A stretch of DNA of 63,767 nucleotides, taken from a virus. Its lineage: Duplodnaviria > Caudoviricetes. Below, in pieces: positions 10,614 to 21,020 of the stretch; within the stretch, counting starts at the first letter, position 1, and each line of letters opens with the position of its first letter. The notes beneath the pieces are model-generated. The model was not told the origin of the DNA and ran no database searches. It saw only the letters and a list, made by a program, of their open reading frames with translations. The translations under genes and the position numbers were made by a program. Location of the stretch: the IMG/VR virus record IMGVR_UViG_3300042475_001147, positions 1 to 63,767 of that record. One strand, given 5' to 3'.

Positions 10614-13600
10614 ATGGATGAATTGCAAAAGTTATACGATGTTCTCATAAGAGATGGATACTATACTAAATCATTTGATGATTTCAAAGTTCAGTTTCAA
10701 GATCCGGGATATCAAGACAAAGTATATGGCGTAGTAGAGAGAGATGGTTTATTTACAAAAGGTAAAGACGCTTTCATTCAGAAATACACGTCACAGGCAG
10801 AGCCTATTGCTGTAAAAAAAAAAGAACCGTCAGAACTTCCGTGGAACCAAAAGCCAGCAGAGCCAAAGGAAGAACCTGCACTCCCGTTTTTGGAATCCAA
10901 GCCTTCGGGTATTTCTTTGGGATCTCAAAGAGTTCCTGAGACTGCCCCTATGTTTGAGGCTCCTCCAATGAGGACCCCCGAAGAAGCACAAGCAATAGTA
11001 GAAGCACCGCAAACCGCCGACTCCGAACAGGGTTGGCTACTTAACACCGTGTCCGCATTGGATCGAGGATTCGCCAAGAACTTAATCGGGAATCCCGTCA
11101 AGGGTATGGGTACATTGCTCGAAGGAGCAACAGCAAAAGTATTTGGTGGGACAGGAAAGGGTCCAATCAGTGATGCATTAATAAGTTTTGGTAATTACTA
11201 CAACAATGCCATTGACGAACTCACTCCTCAAGATGAAGACTTTAAAAACAGTTTGACCGATCAATTTGGCCAAGCATTTGGTCAAGTTGCGTCATTAATA
11301 ATGACAGGCGGTATTGCCGGGGCAGGTAAAGAAGGCGCTGCAATTGCTGCTGCCGCCCCAACAGGAGTCGCAGGCACCGTTGGCGCTGCTGGTAAGCAGT
11401 TGGCTTCTACATTGGTAAGCCCTACCTCTGTGAGTGCGGGTCTATCTATGGGTCAAGCAGAGTTTGACAGAGCCAAAGAATTGGGAGCCACGGACGATCA
11501 AGCATTCGAAGCATTTTACAAGAACGCTGCGGTTGGTTCTGTGCTAGAGCAGATACCTGTTATGCAATTCCTAAAGCGATTCAATCAATCAACAGCCGGC
11601 GGTGTAACGAATTACATCAAAGCCAAGGGTGTTGCAGGATTGACAGGTGGCTTTGAAGAGATGACAACTGAAGTCCTTCAACAACTTTATGCCAACAAAA
11701 CTGCTCAAGAAATATACAACATCAACCAAGAACTGCTCGAAGGGGTAGGTGAATCGGGTGGTGTAGGTTTTGGTGTGGGTTTCATCTTGAACGCGATGGG
11801 TGCTAGGGTGAAGAAGTTAAAGAAGGATGGCAAGCCACAAGAAGCACAGTTAATTGAGAATCAAATTGCAGAATTTGAAAACAAACCCGCTACTCCACCA
11901 CCAAGTTACAGTATCAATGGGATAAATATAGATTCGCCCAATGTTATCAATGATATGATTGAGACAATGGATGTTGAGAATCTAAGTAAAGCCAACATTG
12001 AAATCACCAATGACCCCGTTCTTAGTGCAAAGTTGCAAGACAAGATGGTTACATCTTCGATCAAGGAAGAGGTTCGAGAAGCCAATCCCAATTTGGACGA
12101 GGAGACATTGGATCAAATCACCGCATTAGAAAAGGAACGAAAGAAGTTTGAAGGCAAGAAGACACAGTCAGCCAAGGACAAACTTGCTTCTATCAATTCA
12201 CAAATAAAAACACTACAAGAAAATGCCGTTCAAAAGCCAAGCACAGAGGAGGGCGTGTTACGCCCAGAAGAATCCCAAGTGGGATTGCAAGAAGTGGGAG
12301 AAGGAGACGCCAAAGAGCAAGCCCCTGCCCAAGAAGTTGTCCAAGAAGAAGTAGTCACTCCCGACGAGGACTTGCAAGCGGCACTAGATCGGATTGAAAT
12401 CCCCGAGGATACGGAAGCAGTACAGCCTATTGTAACGCCTAGAAATAAGGCTGAAAGAAAGGAGGCTGCTAGAAGGGGGGATATGGTTTATCATAATTTT
12501 GATGGTTCTATAATTGAATCTACTCGTGAGCAATATGATAATGCACTTAAAGAAATCGCAGAAACAGGGGCTATTGAAAATGTATTTAATTATGGCAAGG
12601 AAGTATCATCAAGACAGGCTCCTAACGAATTAGAAATCCAATATGAGCCTAGCCTTCTCTATATGAAAAAAGAGGATGCCGATAGCGATTTAAAACGAAG
12701 AACTAAAGTCGAGGAAATTACCGATAAGGCTGTGGAAGCATTGCCGGGGGTTGACGATGAGTTGAAGACAATCAATGAATCAATCGGCCGTGTCAAGGAA
12801 GAAGTAGACAGGAACAAAGACGAGCAAACTTTGCAAGACCTTAGTGACAAAGTCGCTAGAGCCAAGAAGAATATCGCTACGGCAGATGACACAGATGTTG
12901 CCATCGAGGATTTCAAGCAGGCTGAAAAGGAAAAGACAGACTTTGAAGAAGCGGTAAGCAAAAAGAAAAACTTCAACAAAGTGGAGGCCCTTATCGCTGA
13001 CGAGATATACCAAAAGGATAGAGGCAACTACGAATATCAAGAACTGTTTGACCAAGACCCACGCCTTGCTGCAATACAAAGCGCCAAGGAAACGATTGAA
13101 CTTGGCAAAGGAGATTTCCTTGACGAAGAGGGAGTTGCTAGATACGAGAACGACATTAAAATACTTGAAGAGGATATCGCCAAGTTCCCCGTAAAGCAAG
13201 CAGAGGCTGCACCAAAAGTGTCTTCAAAGACACCAAAGGCAAAGAGCGTCCCCATTCCTGTGGCTATCCCCAAGCCTACTCCAAAACCCGCACCTGCACC
13301 TGCACCTGCGCCATCTGCTGTGGTATCACAGCCCACAACGAAAGCGATAGGGCCAGAGGCATTACGCCAAGAGTATATCGATAAGATTGCGGAGGTAAGA
13401 CTCAACAAGGATAAGTCAAGAACGCCAAAGCAGATTGATGAAAGGGTTAAAGAGTTGCAAGATGAGTACAAGAAACTCAAGGCTGAGATGACTGCTCCCA
13501 AGCCAAAGGCAGAAGCCAAGCCTGCACCAAAAAAAGCAGCGCCGGCACCAAAGGTAGAAGCGAAGGTAGAGCCAGTGGTATCGAAGAAAGACCAAGCAGA

Positions 13601-16600
13601 AATTAAAAGACTCGAGGATGAGATAGATTACTATCAAGGTCAGATTGACAATGCGATTGAAGAACTAGGAAATACTAATTATAACTACGAAGAAATCGAA
13701 ACAGAAGTCGAAAAGGAAAAAGAGAAATTAGAAGAAAAGAAAATGTCAAAGCAGAAGAGAGAAGACGCAGAAGACGAACTCGATGCTAGACTTGAAGAGG
13801 CCGAAACTGATCGTGACTCCTATCTAGAGCAATACAATAATGAATTAAAAGAGGCACAGAGGGAAAAGAAGAAAGCCGAAAGAAAACTTGCCAAGTTGCA
13901 AGCCAAGCAAGTTGAGACTAAGGCAGAGCCTAGGTCAGTAGTAGAGGAAGACGAGCCATCATACGATGACATCAAAGACCTCGATGTATCTGATCCCACT
14001 TTGCTAGAAAGAGTAGAAGACTTCCTTGATGACATGGATGATAGCCTGTCTGAGTTTGGACGAGGCAACTTGTCTAGTGGTATGGCTATACCATTGGCAA
14101 AGGCCATTATCAAATCCCTAAAGGTATTGGTAAGGGCAGGTATTACATTGCAAGAAGCCATCAAGCGTGTAGCCTCCGATAACAATCTCGAAGCCAAAGA
14201 TGTAGTCAACATGATCAAGGACCTTGACAAGGCCCAATCACCCATGGCCAAGTTGAAATCACAAGTTCAAAGCGAGATCCAAGCAGCGAAAGAAGGCGCA
14301 CGTAGTGTTAGTGATGCAATCAAGGCAATCACCGACTACTTCAACTTCAACGCAGAGCGTGGTAATTTGACACGTAGAGACCTTAGAAGAGTAATTAATG
14401 CCATCGCTAAGATCAAGGATCAAAAGTCCTTAGACAAGGCCGCAGATAAGATATTCGCCATCATTGACAAGGCTAAGACTGATGTCATCGAAGTGAGTTC
14501 GTCCAAAGCATTGGTTTCTCAAATCAAATTGGAGGCGCGTGCCGCCCTTGGTGCCAAGAAAGACATCAACCAAAAGCGTAAAGACTTGTCCGATGCTATC
14601 AAGGCGATGGAAACAACAGGTAAGATATCGGCAGCCAAGGCTAAAGCCATCCTTAATAAGATTGGCAAGGTAAACCTTAACAACCCTGCATCAGTAGATG
14701 TGTTCTTGGATTACGTAGAGAATGTATTTGAGGACGCGGCATACGAGGTTGAATTGGCTGGTATCAATGCTAAACTTGCCAAGGCAAGAAACAATGTTAA
14801 CAAAAAGATCGGTACCGCAAAGACATTGACCACGGTATTGAACAGGTTGTTTAGTATAAAGCCATCATTGATTCCTGTAGAGATACTTGATGACTATAAA
14901 GACATAGTCGATATGTTTGGAGATAGCGCAGCGGTGCTTAAACTCGAAGAAATTACCGAGGTTACACAAAAAGTGCAAGATATACTTGATCAGATTGATG
15001 ATCAATTATCCTTAGTACCAGCATTGGCCACTAAGTTATTTAACTATGACAAGGCTATACTCAATGAGGATGGCGCATTGAATTACTCTGCCACCATCGA
15101 AAAAATGAAGGAAGACAAAGTAATAGATGATGCCGAATACGAATTGATGAGAAAGTACAAGTCTTACATCATGCCAAAAACATCTACAATACCAAAAACT
15201 AAAGCCGAACTGGCAGAAGAAAAGAAGGTATTGGTCAAGCAAGTCAAAGAAGCAGCCAGCGAGGCTACTATTTCGCCATTGGCTAGCGACGATGAGAAAA
15301 AGATGGCGTCAAGCGTTATCAAGTTGTCCAAGACAAACGCTGTTGAGTCGCTTGACAACAGACAACTCGAGAACCTTCTCAAGATATTTGAGAACTTTAA
15401 GAACGGGTACTTCCCCGCCTATGCTAATGGTATCAACAACGACTTGATCGCAGCCGATAACGCCGGATTCTTGAGCAAGGCTATAGCCAAAGCAAAGATG
15501 CCAACCCTAGCCAAGTTAAAGTTGAGAATAACCAACAAAAGAAAAGCCTTGTTCCAAAGAGTCAAGTCTACGCCATTGTTCAACATCGATGAACTATTTG
15601 GGGACTTCAAAGCCAAGGATATATTCAACTCTTTGTTCAATTCATTGGCTCAGAACCAACAGCGTTACGCACTTGAGTTAGAGAAAATCAATCAACGATT
15701 AGAAGATGCACTGAATAAGATTGCCAAGTCATACGGTAACAACGAGAACAAAATCGTTGAGTCCAAGATGAAGATGGCGATCTATCGCATACAGCGAGAG
15801 TTCCAGGCTAACCCCGGCAACCCTAGTGTAAACCCAGCCATTGAGTACATCAACGAAACCATAAAAGCCATCAAGGGTGGTAATACAAATTATGGTGATG
15901 AGGATGCAAAAATGCTCGAGAAGATTGCAAAAGATTACAGCGATGGCAATGGTGGTATAGACGCCAAGAAACTTAAGAACTCTTTCAACACAGCAGAGCA
16001 AGAGGCGATAGATCTTTTTGATAAGATTAACAAAGAGGTAGAAGACAAGGCCATATTCACCGGCGATGTTATTCGTGGCGATAAAGTTAAGTTGCTCAAT
16101 GAGTACAACCACATCAGCGTGTTGCCAACAAAGGGGCAAGAAGCAGATCCAATTGCCGATGTGATGAGCAAGTTCGATTCTAAGAATGTGGTGTCAACCA
16201 AGGCAAAGTCATTAATTGAAAGAACCCCCGAAGCCAAGGCTATCAACTTCGATATATTCTCAACCGTTCAGCGAGGTGCAAAGTTTGTATTGATGGATTA
16301 CTATCTGACAAACCCAGTGAGGGTAGCAAGAAAGACTATCAACACCACGCGCAAGATGATGGAAGAGAATGGCACGCTTACGGAAGACGCGAACACAATC
16401 ATCGATGTAATCAATGACGCATTAGAGTTAGCATTAAAGTCATCACTTGATCAAGCAGCGTTCAATGATTCGTTCACAGAGCAGGTTATCCAAGAGATGG
16501 CCAAGACTGGATATAGAGTGATGCTTGGTGGTATTCCTAGGGCCACTACGGAATTAACTTCCAACATGGCATACGTTGCCATGGTTAATCCTAAAGAGTG

Positions 16601-18074
16601 GTTTACAGGCTTGAAGATGATGAAGATAATCCGTGGTGGTAAAGCGGTTGACATCATGGAAGCGGTGGGCAGTAAGGTTATTAGTCGTGTATACGGATCT
16701 GATCCACTTAAGGGTAGGATGATTGACCCTAGCGTTCTAAGCAAGCGCACCGGTATAGGAGAGAGTAAGTTGAAAAAAGAAACTCTCAATGCAATTGCTA
16801 TCATACACAACAATAGTACGAAGAGATTAAAAAACTTTGCAGAGTTAATTGCTGATGGATTGATCTCCACGCCTGATAAAATCATGATGAGACCTTTGTG
16901 GTTCGGTTCGTTCGACAAAGCATTCCAAGATTTCGCAGGGAAGAAGCCGGACTACGATAAGATTGAAGCCAACGATGCTGACTACATGATTCAAAACAAG
17001 GAGGCTCTCGAGGCAGCCGGTCGTGTAGCGGATGAGAAGGTAACTATGGCAGGTAACGTAGAAAACCCATACATGAATGCGCTCAAGGCTTACATTGCAT
17101 CTGACCAAAAAGGAGTAACCAAGATGGCAAAAGTATTCGACAACTTCATGTTGAAGTTTCAGATTGGTGAATACTTGACGGCACGGAGGGGGCTTTATGC
17201 ATTGATGGGGAATGGCAATATATCAAAAGCGCAAGGAGCAAAGATCATGGCGGCTGTCGTAACTCGTATGACCGTATACACAGTAATGAGTAAGATGGCG
17301 TCGGAGTTCTTCTATGGTCTATTCTTGGATGACGAGGATGAGGATGATGACAAGTCATTCGCTCAGAAGTTGGGGCAAGGATTGGCATCTACCTTCACGA
17401 GTTTATTCCTAGGTAGAGACTTTGGCAACATAGCAAGATCTATGATAAACTATGGCGTAGAGAAAGTAAACGAAAAGTATCTTGACTTCCTTCGCGATGG
17501 CGATTACGATCCATACGAGGATGCCATTCAGTACTCATTCATACCACCCGAGAAGAAAGGCAAATCGCTCGAAGCATTCGACATAATAGCCAACATGTCC
17601 GGGCCTTACTCTCCAGCAGTTAAGTCTTTGGATTTCGTTACAAAGAAACTTACGGAAGAACCAAAGAAAGAAGCAGCGGCAATTGAAAGACAGGGGCAAG
17701 AGAAGACTGTACGTGTCCCTCTCGAAATCCTTGGTAACCTTGGTTACGTGCCATTTTATAAGGACATCAGAGCCATGGTGAACAAGTGGATCTATAGTGA
17801 ACTTGATAAGGAGTTGGACAAGCAAGGTCAGAAAGAGGAAGAGTTCAAGCCAATGGGATTGAACAAGACAGACCTTCAGCGTTACTACCCAGAGATTTAC
17901 GAGCAGTACTATGGCGAGGGAACAGAGGATGCGGCTAGAAGAAAACTCGAGCAAGAAAGAGAAGTACTTGAGCGCCGGATGAAAGACGACTACTACAACT
18001 ACGTTCCTAAACAAGAAATGAAAAAAAGTTCTAAAAGAAAAAGCGGTGGTATAGAACGAAGGATGAGGAAGTAA
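10614..18074 (+). CDS. Giant putative ejection/internal virion protein, 2486 aa
   Basis: Last gene of the virion operon; Gly/Ala hydrophobic segment near the N-terminus, long K/E coiled coils, PAPAP linker. Confidence 0.65.
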   Translation: MDELQKLYDVLIRDGYYTKSFDDFKVQFQDPGYQDKVYGVVERDGLFTKGKDAFIQKYTSQAEPIAVKKKEPSELPWNQKPAEPKEEPALPFLESKPSGISLGSQRVPETAPMFEAPPMRTPEEAQAIVEAPQTADSEQGWLLNTVSALDRGFAKNLIGNPVKGMGTLLEGATAKVFGGTGKGPISDALISFGNYYNNAIDELTPQDEDFKNSLTDQFGQAFGQVASLIMTGGIAGAGKEGAAIAAAAPTGVAGTVGAAGKQLASTLVSPTSVSAGLSMGQAEFDRAKELGATDDQAFEAFYKNAAVGSVLEQIPVMQFLKRFNQSTAGGVTNYIKAKGVAGLTGGFEEMTTEVLQQLYANKTAQEIYNINQELLEGVGESGGVGFGVGFILNAMGARVKKLKKDGKPQEAQLIENQIAEFENKPATPPPSYSINGINIDSPNVINDMIETMDVENLSKANIEITNDPVLSAKLQDKMVTSSIKEEVREANPNLDEETLDQITALEKERKKFEGKKTQSAKDKLASINSQIKTLQENAVQKPSTEEGVLRPEESQVGLQEVGEGDAKEQAPAQEVVQEEVVTPDEDLQAALDRIEIPEDTEAVQPIVTPRNKAERKEAARRGDMVYHNFDGSIIESTREQYDNALKEIAETGAIENVFNYGKEVSSRQAPNELEIQYEPSLLYMKKEDADSDLKRRTKVEEITDKAVEALPGVDDELKTINESIGRVKEEVDRNKDEQTLQDLSDKVARAKKNIATADDTDVAIEDFKQAEKEKTDFEEAVSKKKNFNKVEALIADEIYQKDRGNYEYQELFDQDPRLAAIQSAKETIELGKGDFLDEEGVARYENDIKILEEDIAKFPVKQAEAAPKVSSKTPKAKSVPIPVAIPKPTPKPAPAPAPAPSAVVSQPTTKAIGPEALRQEYIDKIAEVRLNKDKSRTPKQIDERVKELQDEYKKLKAEMTAPKPKAEAKPAPKKAAPAPKVEAKVEPVVSKKDQAEIKRLEDEIDYYQGQIDNAIEELGNTNYNYEEIETEVEKEKEKLEEKKMSKQKREDAEDELDARLEEAETDRDSYLEQYNNELKEAQREKKKAERKLAKLQAKQVETKAEPRSVVEEDEPSYDDIKDLDVSDPTLLERVEDFLDDMDDSLSEFGRGNLSSGMAIPLAKAIIKSLKVLVRAGITLQEAIKRVASDNNLEAKDVVNMIKDLDKAQSPMAKLKSQVQSEIQAAKEGARSVSDAIKAITDYFNFNAERGNLTRRDLRRVINAIAKIKDQKSLDKAADKIFAIIDKAKTDVIEVSSSKALVSQIKLEARAALGAKKDINQKRKDLSDAIKAMETTGKISAAKAKAILNKIGKVNLNNPASVDVFLDYVENVFEDAAYEVELAGINAKLAKARNNVNKKIGTAKTLTTVLNRLFSIKPSLIPVEILDDYKDIVDMFGDSAAVLKLEEITEVTQKVQDILDQIDDQLSLVPALATKLFNYDKAILNEDGALNYSATIEKMKEDKVIDDAEYELMRKYKSYIMPKTSTIPKTKAELAEEKKVLVKQVKEAASEATISPLASDDEKKMASSVIKLSKTNAVESLDNRQLENLLKIFENFKNGYFPAYANGINNDLIAADNAGFLSKAIAKAKMPTLAKLKLRITNKRKALFQRVKSTPLFNIDELFGDFKAKDIFNSLFNSLAQNQQRYALELEKINQRLEDALNKIAKSYGNNENKIVESKMKMAIYRIQREFQANPGNPSVNPAIEYINETIKAIKGGNTNYGDEDAKMLEKIAKDYSDGNGGIDAKKLKNSFNTAEQEAIDLFDKINKEVEDKAIFTGDVIRGDKVKLLNEYNHISVLPTKGQEADPIADVMSKFDSKNVVSTKAKSLIERTPEAKAINFDIFSTVQRGAKFVLMDYYLTNPVRVARKTINTTRKMMEENGTLTEDANTIIDVINDALELALKSSLDQAAFNDSFTEQVIQEMAKTGYRVMLGGIPRATTELTSNMAYVAMVNPKEWFTGLKMMKIIRGGKAVDIMEAVGSKVISRVYGSDPLKGRMIDPSVLSKRTGIGESKLKKETLNAIAIIHNNSTKRLKNFAELIADGLISTPDKIMMRPLWFGSFDKAFQDFAGKKPDYDKIEANDADYMIQNKEALEAAGRVADEKVTMAGNVENPYMNALKAYIASDQKGVTKMAKVFDNFMLKFQIGEYLTARRGLYALMGNGNISKAQGAKIMAAVVTRMTVYTVMSKMASEFFYGLFLDDEDEDDDKSFAQKLGQGLASTFTSLFLGRDFGNIARSMINYGVEKVNEKYLDFLRDGDYDPYEDAIQYSFIPPEKKGKSLEAFDIIANMSGPYSPAVKSLDFVTKKLTEEPKKEAAAIERQGQEKTVRVPLEILGNLGYVPFYKDIRAMVNKWIYSELDKELDKQGQKEEEFKPMGLNKTDLQRYYPEIYEQYYGEGTEDAARRKLEQEREVLERRMKDDYYNYVPKQEMKKSSKRKSGGIERRMRK
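12223..12354 (+). CDS. Nested +1-frame small basic protein MPFKSQAQRR...KKK, 43 aa
   Basis: ATG 12223 after A-rich CAAATAAAAACACTACAAGAAA, stop TAG 12352-12354; resembles free-standing MPFKS-type small phage proteins (from recall). Confidence 0.6.
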   Translation: MPFKSQAQRRACYAQKNPKWDCKKWEKETPKSKPLPKKLSKKK

Positions 18075-18082
18075 CCGGTAAG

Positions 18083-18490
18083 TCAATTATATTTTATATA
18101 TTTGAAGTGCTTTTGTTTTGCGTAGTAGCACATTAGTTCTCCGTGTTCAGCAAGATCAAGATGGGGGAGGAGACTCCCCCATTTTATTTGACCGTCAATG
18201 TTCTTTGCACGGGCATAAATTATCCCATCATCACACGCCCATAACACCACAGGATTGTGGCGCTTCTCTATGAGTTTGAGCATGCGGGATGCTTGCATCA
18301 CCAATGGGTATGCAGTGGCTATGGTCTTGTACCTTGGCACCACCTCCAAGTACGCAAGCAATTCACCATCCCTAAATATCTTGTAGTCGATGTCGCCTTT
18401 GACCTGGGCTTGGTATGTACCACCAAAGGTGGCTATGAATGTTTCGATTGCTTTGTGTTTGCGCCTTTGAATCTCTTCATTAGAAATCAT
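18083..18490 (-). CDS. Hypothetical protein, possible PD-(D/E)XK-fold nuclease
   Basis: DIDYKI...AYLEV resembles the D...ExK core, but the Lys is absent. Confidence 0.4.
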   Translation of the reverse strand: MISNEEIQRRKHKAIETFIATFGGTYQAQVKGDIDYKIFRDGELLAYLEVVPRYKTIATAYPLVMQASRMLKLIEKRHNPVVLWACDDGIIYARAKNIDGQIKWGSLLPHLDLAEHGELMCYYAKQKHFKYIKYN

Positions 18491-18920
18491 CTTCCTCTAT
18501 CGATTTGATTATGGTCTTTATCTCTATGATAATCTGTTGAGCATCCTTGGTTGCCCCCTCGTACTCCCTGTCAACCAACCCCTCGTAAAGATTAGCCAAC
18601 AAATCCTGACATTCTTCAATGTTAAAAAGAATTCTTTCGGCTCTGTCGGACTCTTTTCTTTTTTGAGGATCCATGTCTGTTACTCCATTATACACCTCCG
18701 TGCGTAGCCCATGCTGAGTAAGTTCCTTGATTCTGAACTCTTGAAGTTTCGACAGCCTACCAGTGGGTGTCTTGACTTCACTGAACAGGACTCTAGATCT
18801 TGGCGGTATAGCAACGAGGTCGGGGATGCCATTCTTGTTGGTCTTGATTAATTTGATTACGTAGTAGCCGGCTTGCTCAAGTTGTTTTATTCTCTTTGAT
18901 TGTATCTGTTGCTCGGTCAT
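18480..18920 (-). CDS. VRR-NUC nuclease with C-terminal helical extension
   Basis: MTEQQIQ...GIPDL...FSEVKTPTGRLSKLQ motif; start placed at ATG 18920. Confidence 0.8.
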   Translation of the reverse strand: MTEQQIQSKRIKQLEQAGYYVIKLIKTNKNGIPDLVAIPPRSRVLFSEVKTPTGRLSKLQEFRIKELTQHGLRTEVYNGVTDMDPQKRKESDRAERILFNIEECQDLLANLYEGLVDREYEGATKDAQQIIIEIKTIIKSIEEDDF

Positions 18921-19242
18921 AATTTGATTCCACGAAATGCATCGCTTCTTCAAAACTAATGAAATCCCCGATAACTTTCTTATTGTAAACCAATCTATTT
19001 AGCCAACCACCATCTACCCATACCCTTGTGATGACCACTTTGTCAAGGTATGGGTTGTATGTACTGCGAAAGTAGTCAGCAGATGACTGCGACTTAAGCG
19101 CCCCGTTGAAGTGGGAGTATTCGATGTCATCCTTGTTGTGCTTTGCCATCAGTTCACGGTTGTCATTAAGCCAAATACAAAACTCCATCCATCTAAGTTC
19201 GTCGAACTTATTGAGGATTAACTGGGCGGTAGTTTGTCTCAT
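18877..19242 (-). CDS. Hypothetical protein, distantly like the KQTAVEWL family
   Basis: MRQTTAQ...SADYFRSTY; ATGA-coupled to the upstream gene. Confidence 0.55.
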   Translation of the reverse strand: MRQTTAQLILNKFDELRWMEFCIWLNDNRELMAKHNKDDIEYSHFNGALKSQSSADYFRSTYNPYLDKVVITRVWVDGGWLNRLVYNKKVIGDFISFEEAMHFVESNYDRATDTIKENKTT

Positions 19243-19409
19243 TCTGCATCCAAGTAAAGGGACTTTGCTTTGGCGAAGCCTGCATTGTAAGACAGTTGCT
19301 GATCGATCTTCTCCTTCATGAAGAAGTGTTCTGTTGTTTCCGGTCCCGGCATTGCGCTAGGGTGGTTCTGTTCTAACCATTCGATGAATTGTTCTAATGC
19401 TGATTTCAT
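19239..19409 (-). CDS. Small hypothetical protein (MKSALEQFIEWLE)
   Basis: ATGA overlaps on both sides; EWL...KEK...YNAG pattern. Confidence 0.55.
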   Translation of the reverse strand: MKSALEQFIEWLEQNHPSAMPGPETTEHFFMKEKIDQQLSYNAGFAKAKSLYLDAE

Positions 19410-19558
19410 GTGTTCTCGTTTAAATAATTTCTGAAAAAAATCGCGTGCTTGTACTGCGCAAATCTCGCAGCAATCTCTTGTTGGTAGTACACCCGCCACT
19501 CAATTTGACCATTGACAGTGGCTTGCATTACTCTTGCTGATAAAACATTGTTCTCCAT
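19406..19558 (-). CDS. Small hypothetical protein (MENNVLSARV)
   Basis: Fills the gap after the helicase; coupled to the next gene. Confidence 0.5.
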   Translation of the reverse strand: MENNVLSARVMQATVNGQIEWRVYYQQEIAARFAQYKHAIFFRNYLNENT

Positions 19559-19562
19559 ATTT

Positions 19563-21020
19563 TTACAAACTAAATAAATCTTTCTCAAAGTGTTTAAGTG
19601 TGTAGTCTTTTTTGTCCTTCACTGCTTGGTATATTTTATGCTCGATGCCATCCTTGGCGAAGATCCAATATACCTGGTTCTTCAACCGGTCCATCGTAGT
19701 CATCCGGTCTCTGCTCTGCCAGTAACTCGTCGCACTGAAGTCTATGTTGTAGTACACCAAGTACTCTGCCTTCCTCAATGATATGCCCTCACGCCCCGAC
19801 ACAATCTGAAGCGCGATGTTCTTCCACGTATCGTTGAACTCATCCAACTCCGTAGTCAACTCATCACCGAACACCTGCTTCAGCGCCTCCAACTCCTCCT
19901 TGAACTTGTAGAAGATACCAATCTTGCACCCCTCAAAGTTTTCCTTGATGAACTCTGCCTTGGTGGTGTCGATAATCATTGACTTCCCGCTCTCGAACTT
20001 GATGGTCCCGCTGTACATCTGATGCATCTTGGTCATCAACTTCACCGATGTATCAGCCAGCACCACCTCATCCTTGCCCTCAATCACCAAGTCCGTCTTC
20101 AATCGCTGAATCAACTTGTAAGTAGCCGGCTTCAACTCTACCTCAAGAACTTCTTCGGTGGTCTCGACCACAAAGCCTGCGTCCTTCTGAGAGTAACTGA
20201 TGGTGTATGGCTTCATCATATCTATAATCACTGGCTTACCATCGCTGTAGTCTTTGATGAATAAACTGTTCACCTTCTTGCTCTTGATGTTGGCATACTG
20301 ATCGGCAAAGCGGTAGAAGTTCTTGAACTCCGCGAACGGATTGCCCGGTATGGTGTACACTTGGTGGTACATTTGGCAGTACGACTCCGGCGTTGGCGTT
20401 CCCGACAGCAGTATCACCATTGGCTTTTGCTTGGCGATAATCTGACCGGCCAACTCGGCACGGCCACTTGGCTTAGGGAAAGCACCGAGCGAGTGTGCCT
20501 CATCCAAGATCAACATGTCCCACTTCTTGGTGTCGGCGATGGTGTGCAGACTCTCGTAGTTGATGACGTCAATCTTGAACGATGCACCAAGCATGATGTA
20601 GTCTTGCTCGATGGACGATATGGCTTTCTTCTTGGTGACGAACAGCACGTCCTTGCATCCCATTTTGTCGCTGATCCCAAGCGATGTCAATGTCTTGCCT
20701 GTGCGAACTTCCATCGCCAAGTAAAGGAACCGGTGTCTTTGAAGACACTCGACCCCTTGGTCAATGATCTGTAGTTGGTAATCTCTGAGTTGGATATTTC
20801 CTTTTCCCATTTTATCTAAGTAGAATTTTATGCTGTTGTTTATACGTTCCTCTGCCTCGGGGTTGGGTTCGAACATCGGCTCCTCCACCTGCACATCAAC
20901 CCCTTTGACTTTCTTATTGCGCATGACTGTACTTTCTACGGTACTCTTCAGTAGCAGACACCACTCATACATCTCCTTGTCAGTGTACCCACTAATCGGC
21001 TCAATCAGTTCCCTCATCAT
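19563..21020 (-). CDS. SF2 (SNF2-like) helicase
   Basis: LRDYQ Q-motif, VRTGKT Walker A, LILDEAH, LSGTP, GREGISL, QSRDR. Confidence 0.88.
   Translation of the reverse strand: MMRELIEPISGYTDKEMYEWCLLLKSTVESTVMRNKKVKGVDVQVEEPMFEPNPEAEERINNSIKFYLDKMGKGNIQLRDYQLQIIDQGVECLQRHRFLYLAMEVRTGKTLTSLGISDKMGCKDVLFVTKKKAISSIEQDYIMLGASFKIDVINYESLHTIADTKKWDMLILDEAHSLGAFPKPSGRAELAGQIIAKQKPMVILLSGTPTPESYCQMYHQVYTIPGNPFAEFKNFYRFADQYANIKSKKVNSLFIKDYSDGKPVIIDMMKPYTISYSQKDAGFVVETTEEVLEVELKPATYKLIQRLKTDLVIEGKDEVVLADTSVKLMTKMHQMYSGTIKFESGKSMIIDTTKAEFIKENFEGCKIGIFYKFKEELEALKQVFGDELTTELDEFNDTWKNIALQIVSGREGISLRKAEYLVYYNIDFSATSYWQSRDRMTTMDRLKNQVYWIFAKDGIEHKIYQAVKDKKDYTLKHFEKDLFSL

Noticed and set aside
17485-17525. DGDYD in the giant protein as an RNA polymerase DxDxD motif
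   Set aside because: It lies near the C-terminus in a helical, acidic context without other recognisable polymerase motifs; a structure search would be needed.
12659-18086. Long antisense ORFs opposite the giant gene, and similar ones opposite groEL, terL and MCP
   Set aside because: Low-complexity S/L/F-rich shadow frames expected from codon bias, with no initiation context.
18480-21020. Extensions on VRR-NUC and the helicase as novel domain fusions
   Set aside because: Internal Met codons suggest simple in-frame joins of small adjacent ORFs; this cannot be assessed without homologues.
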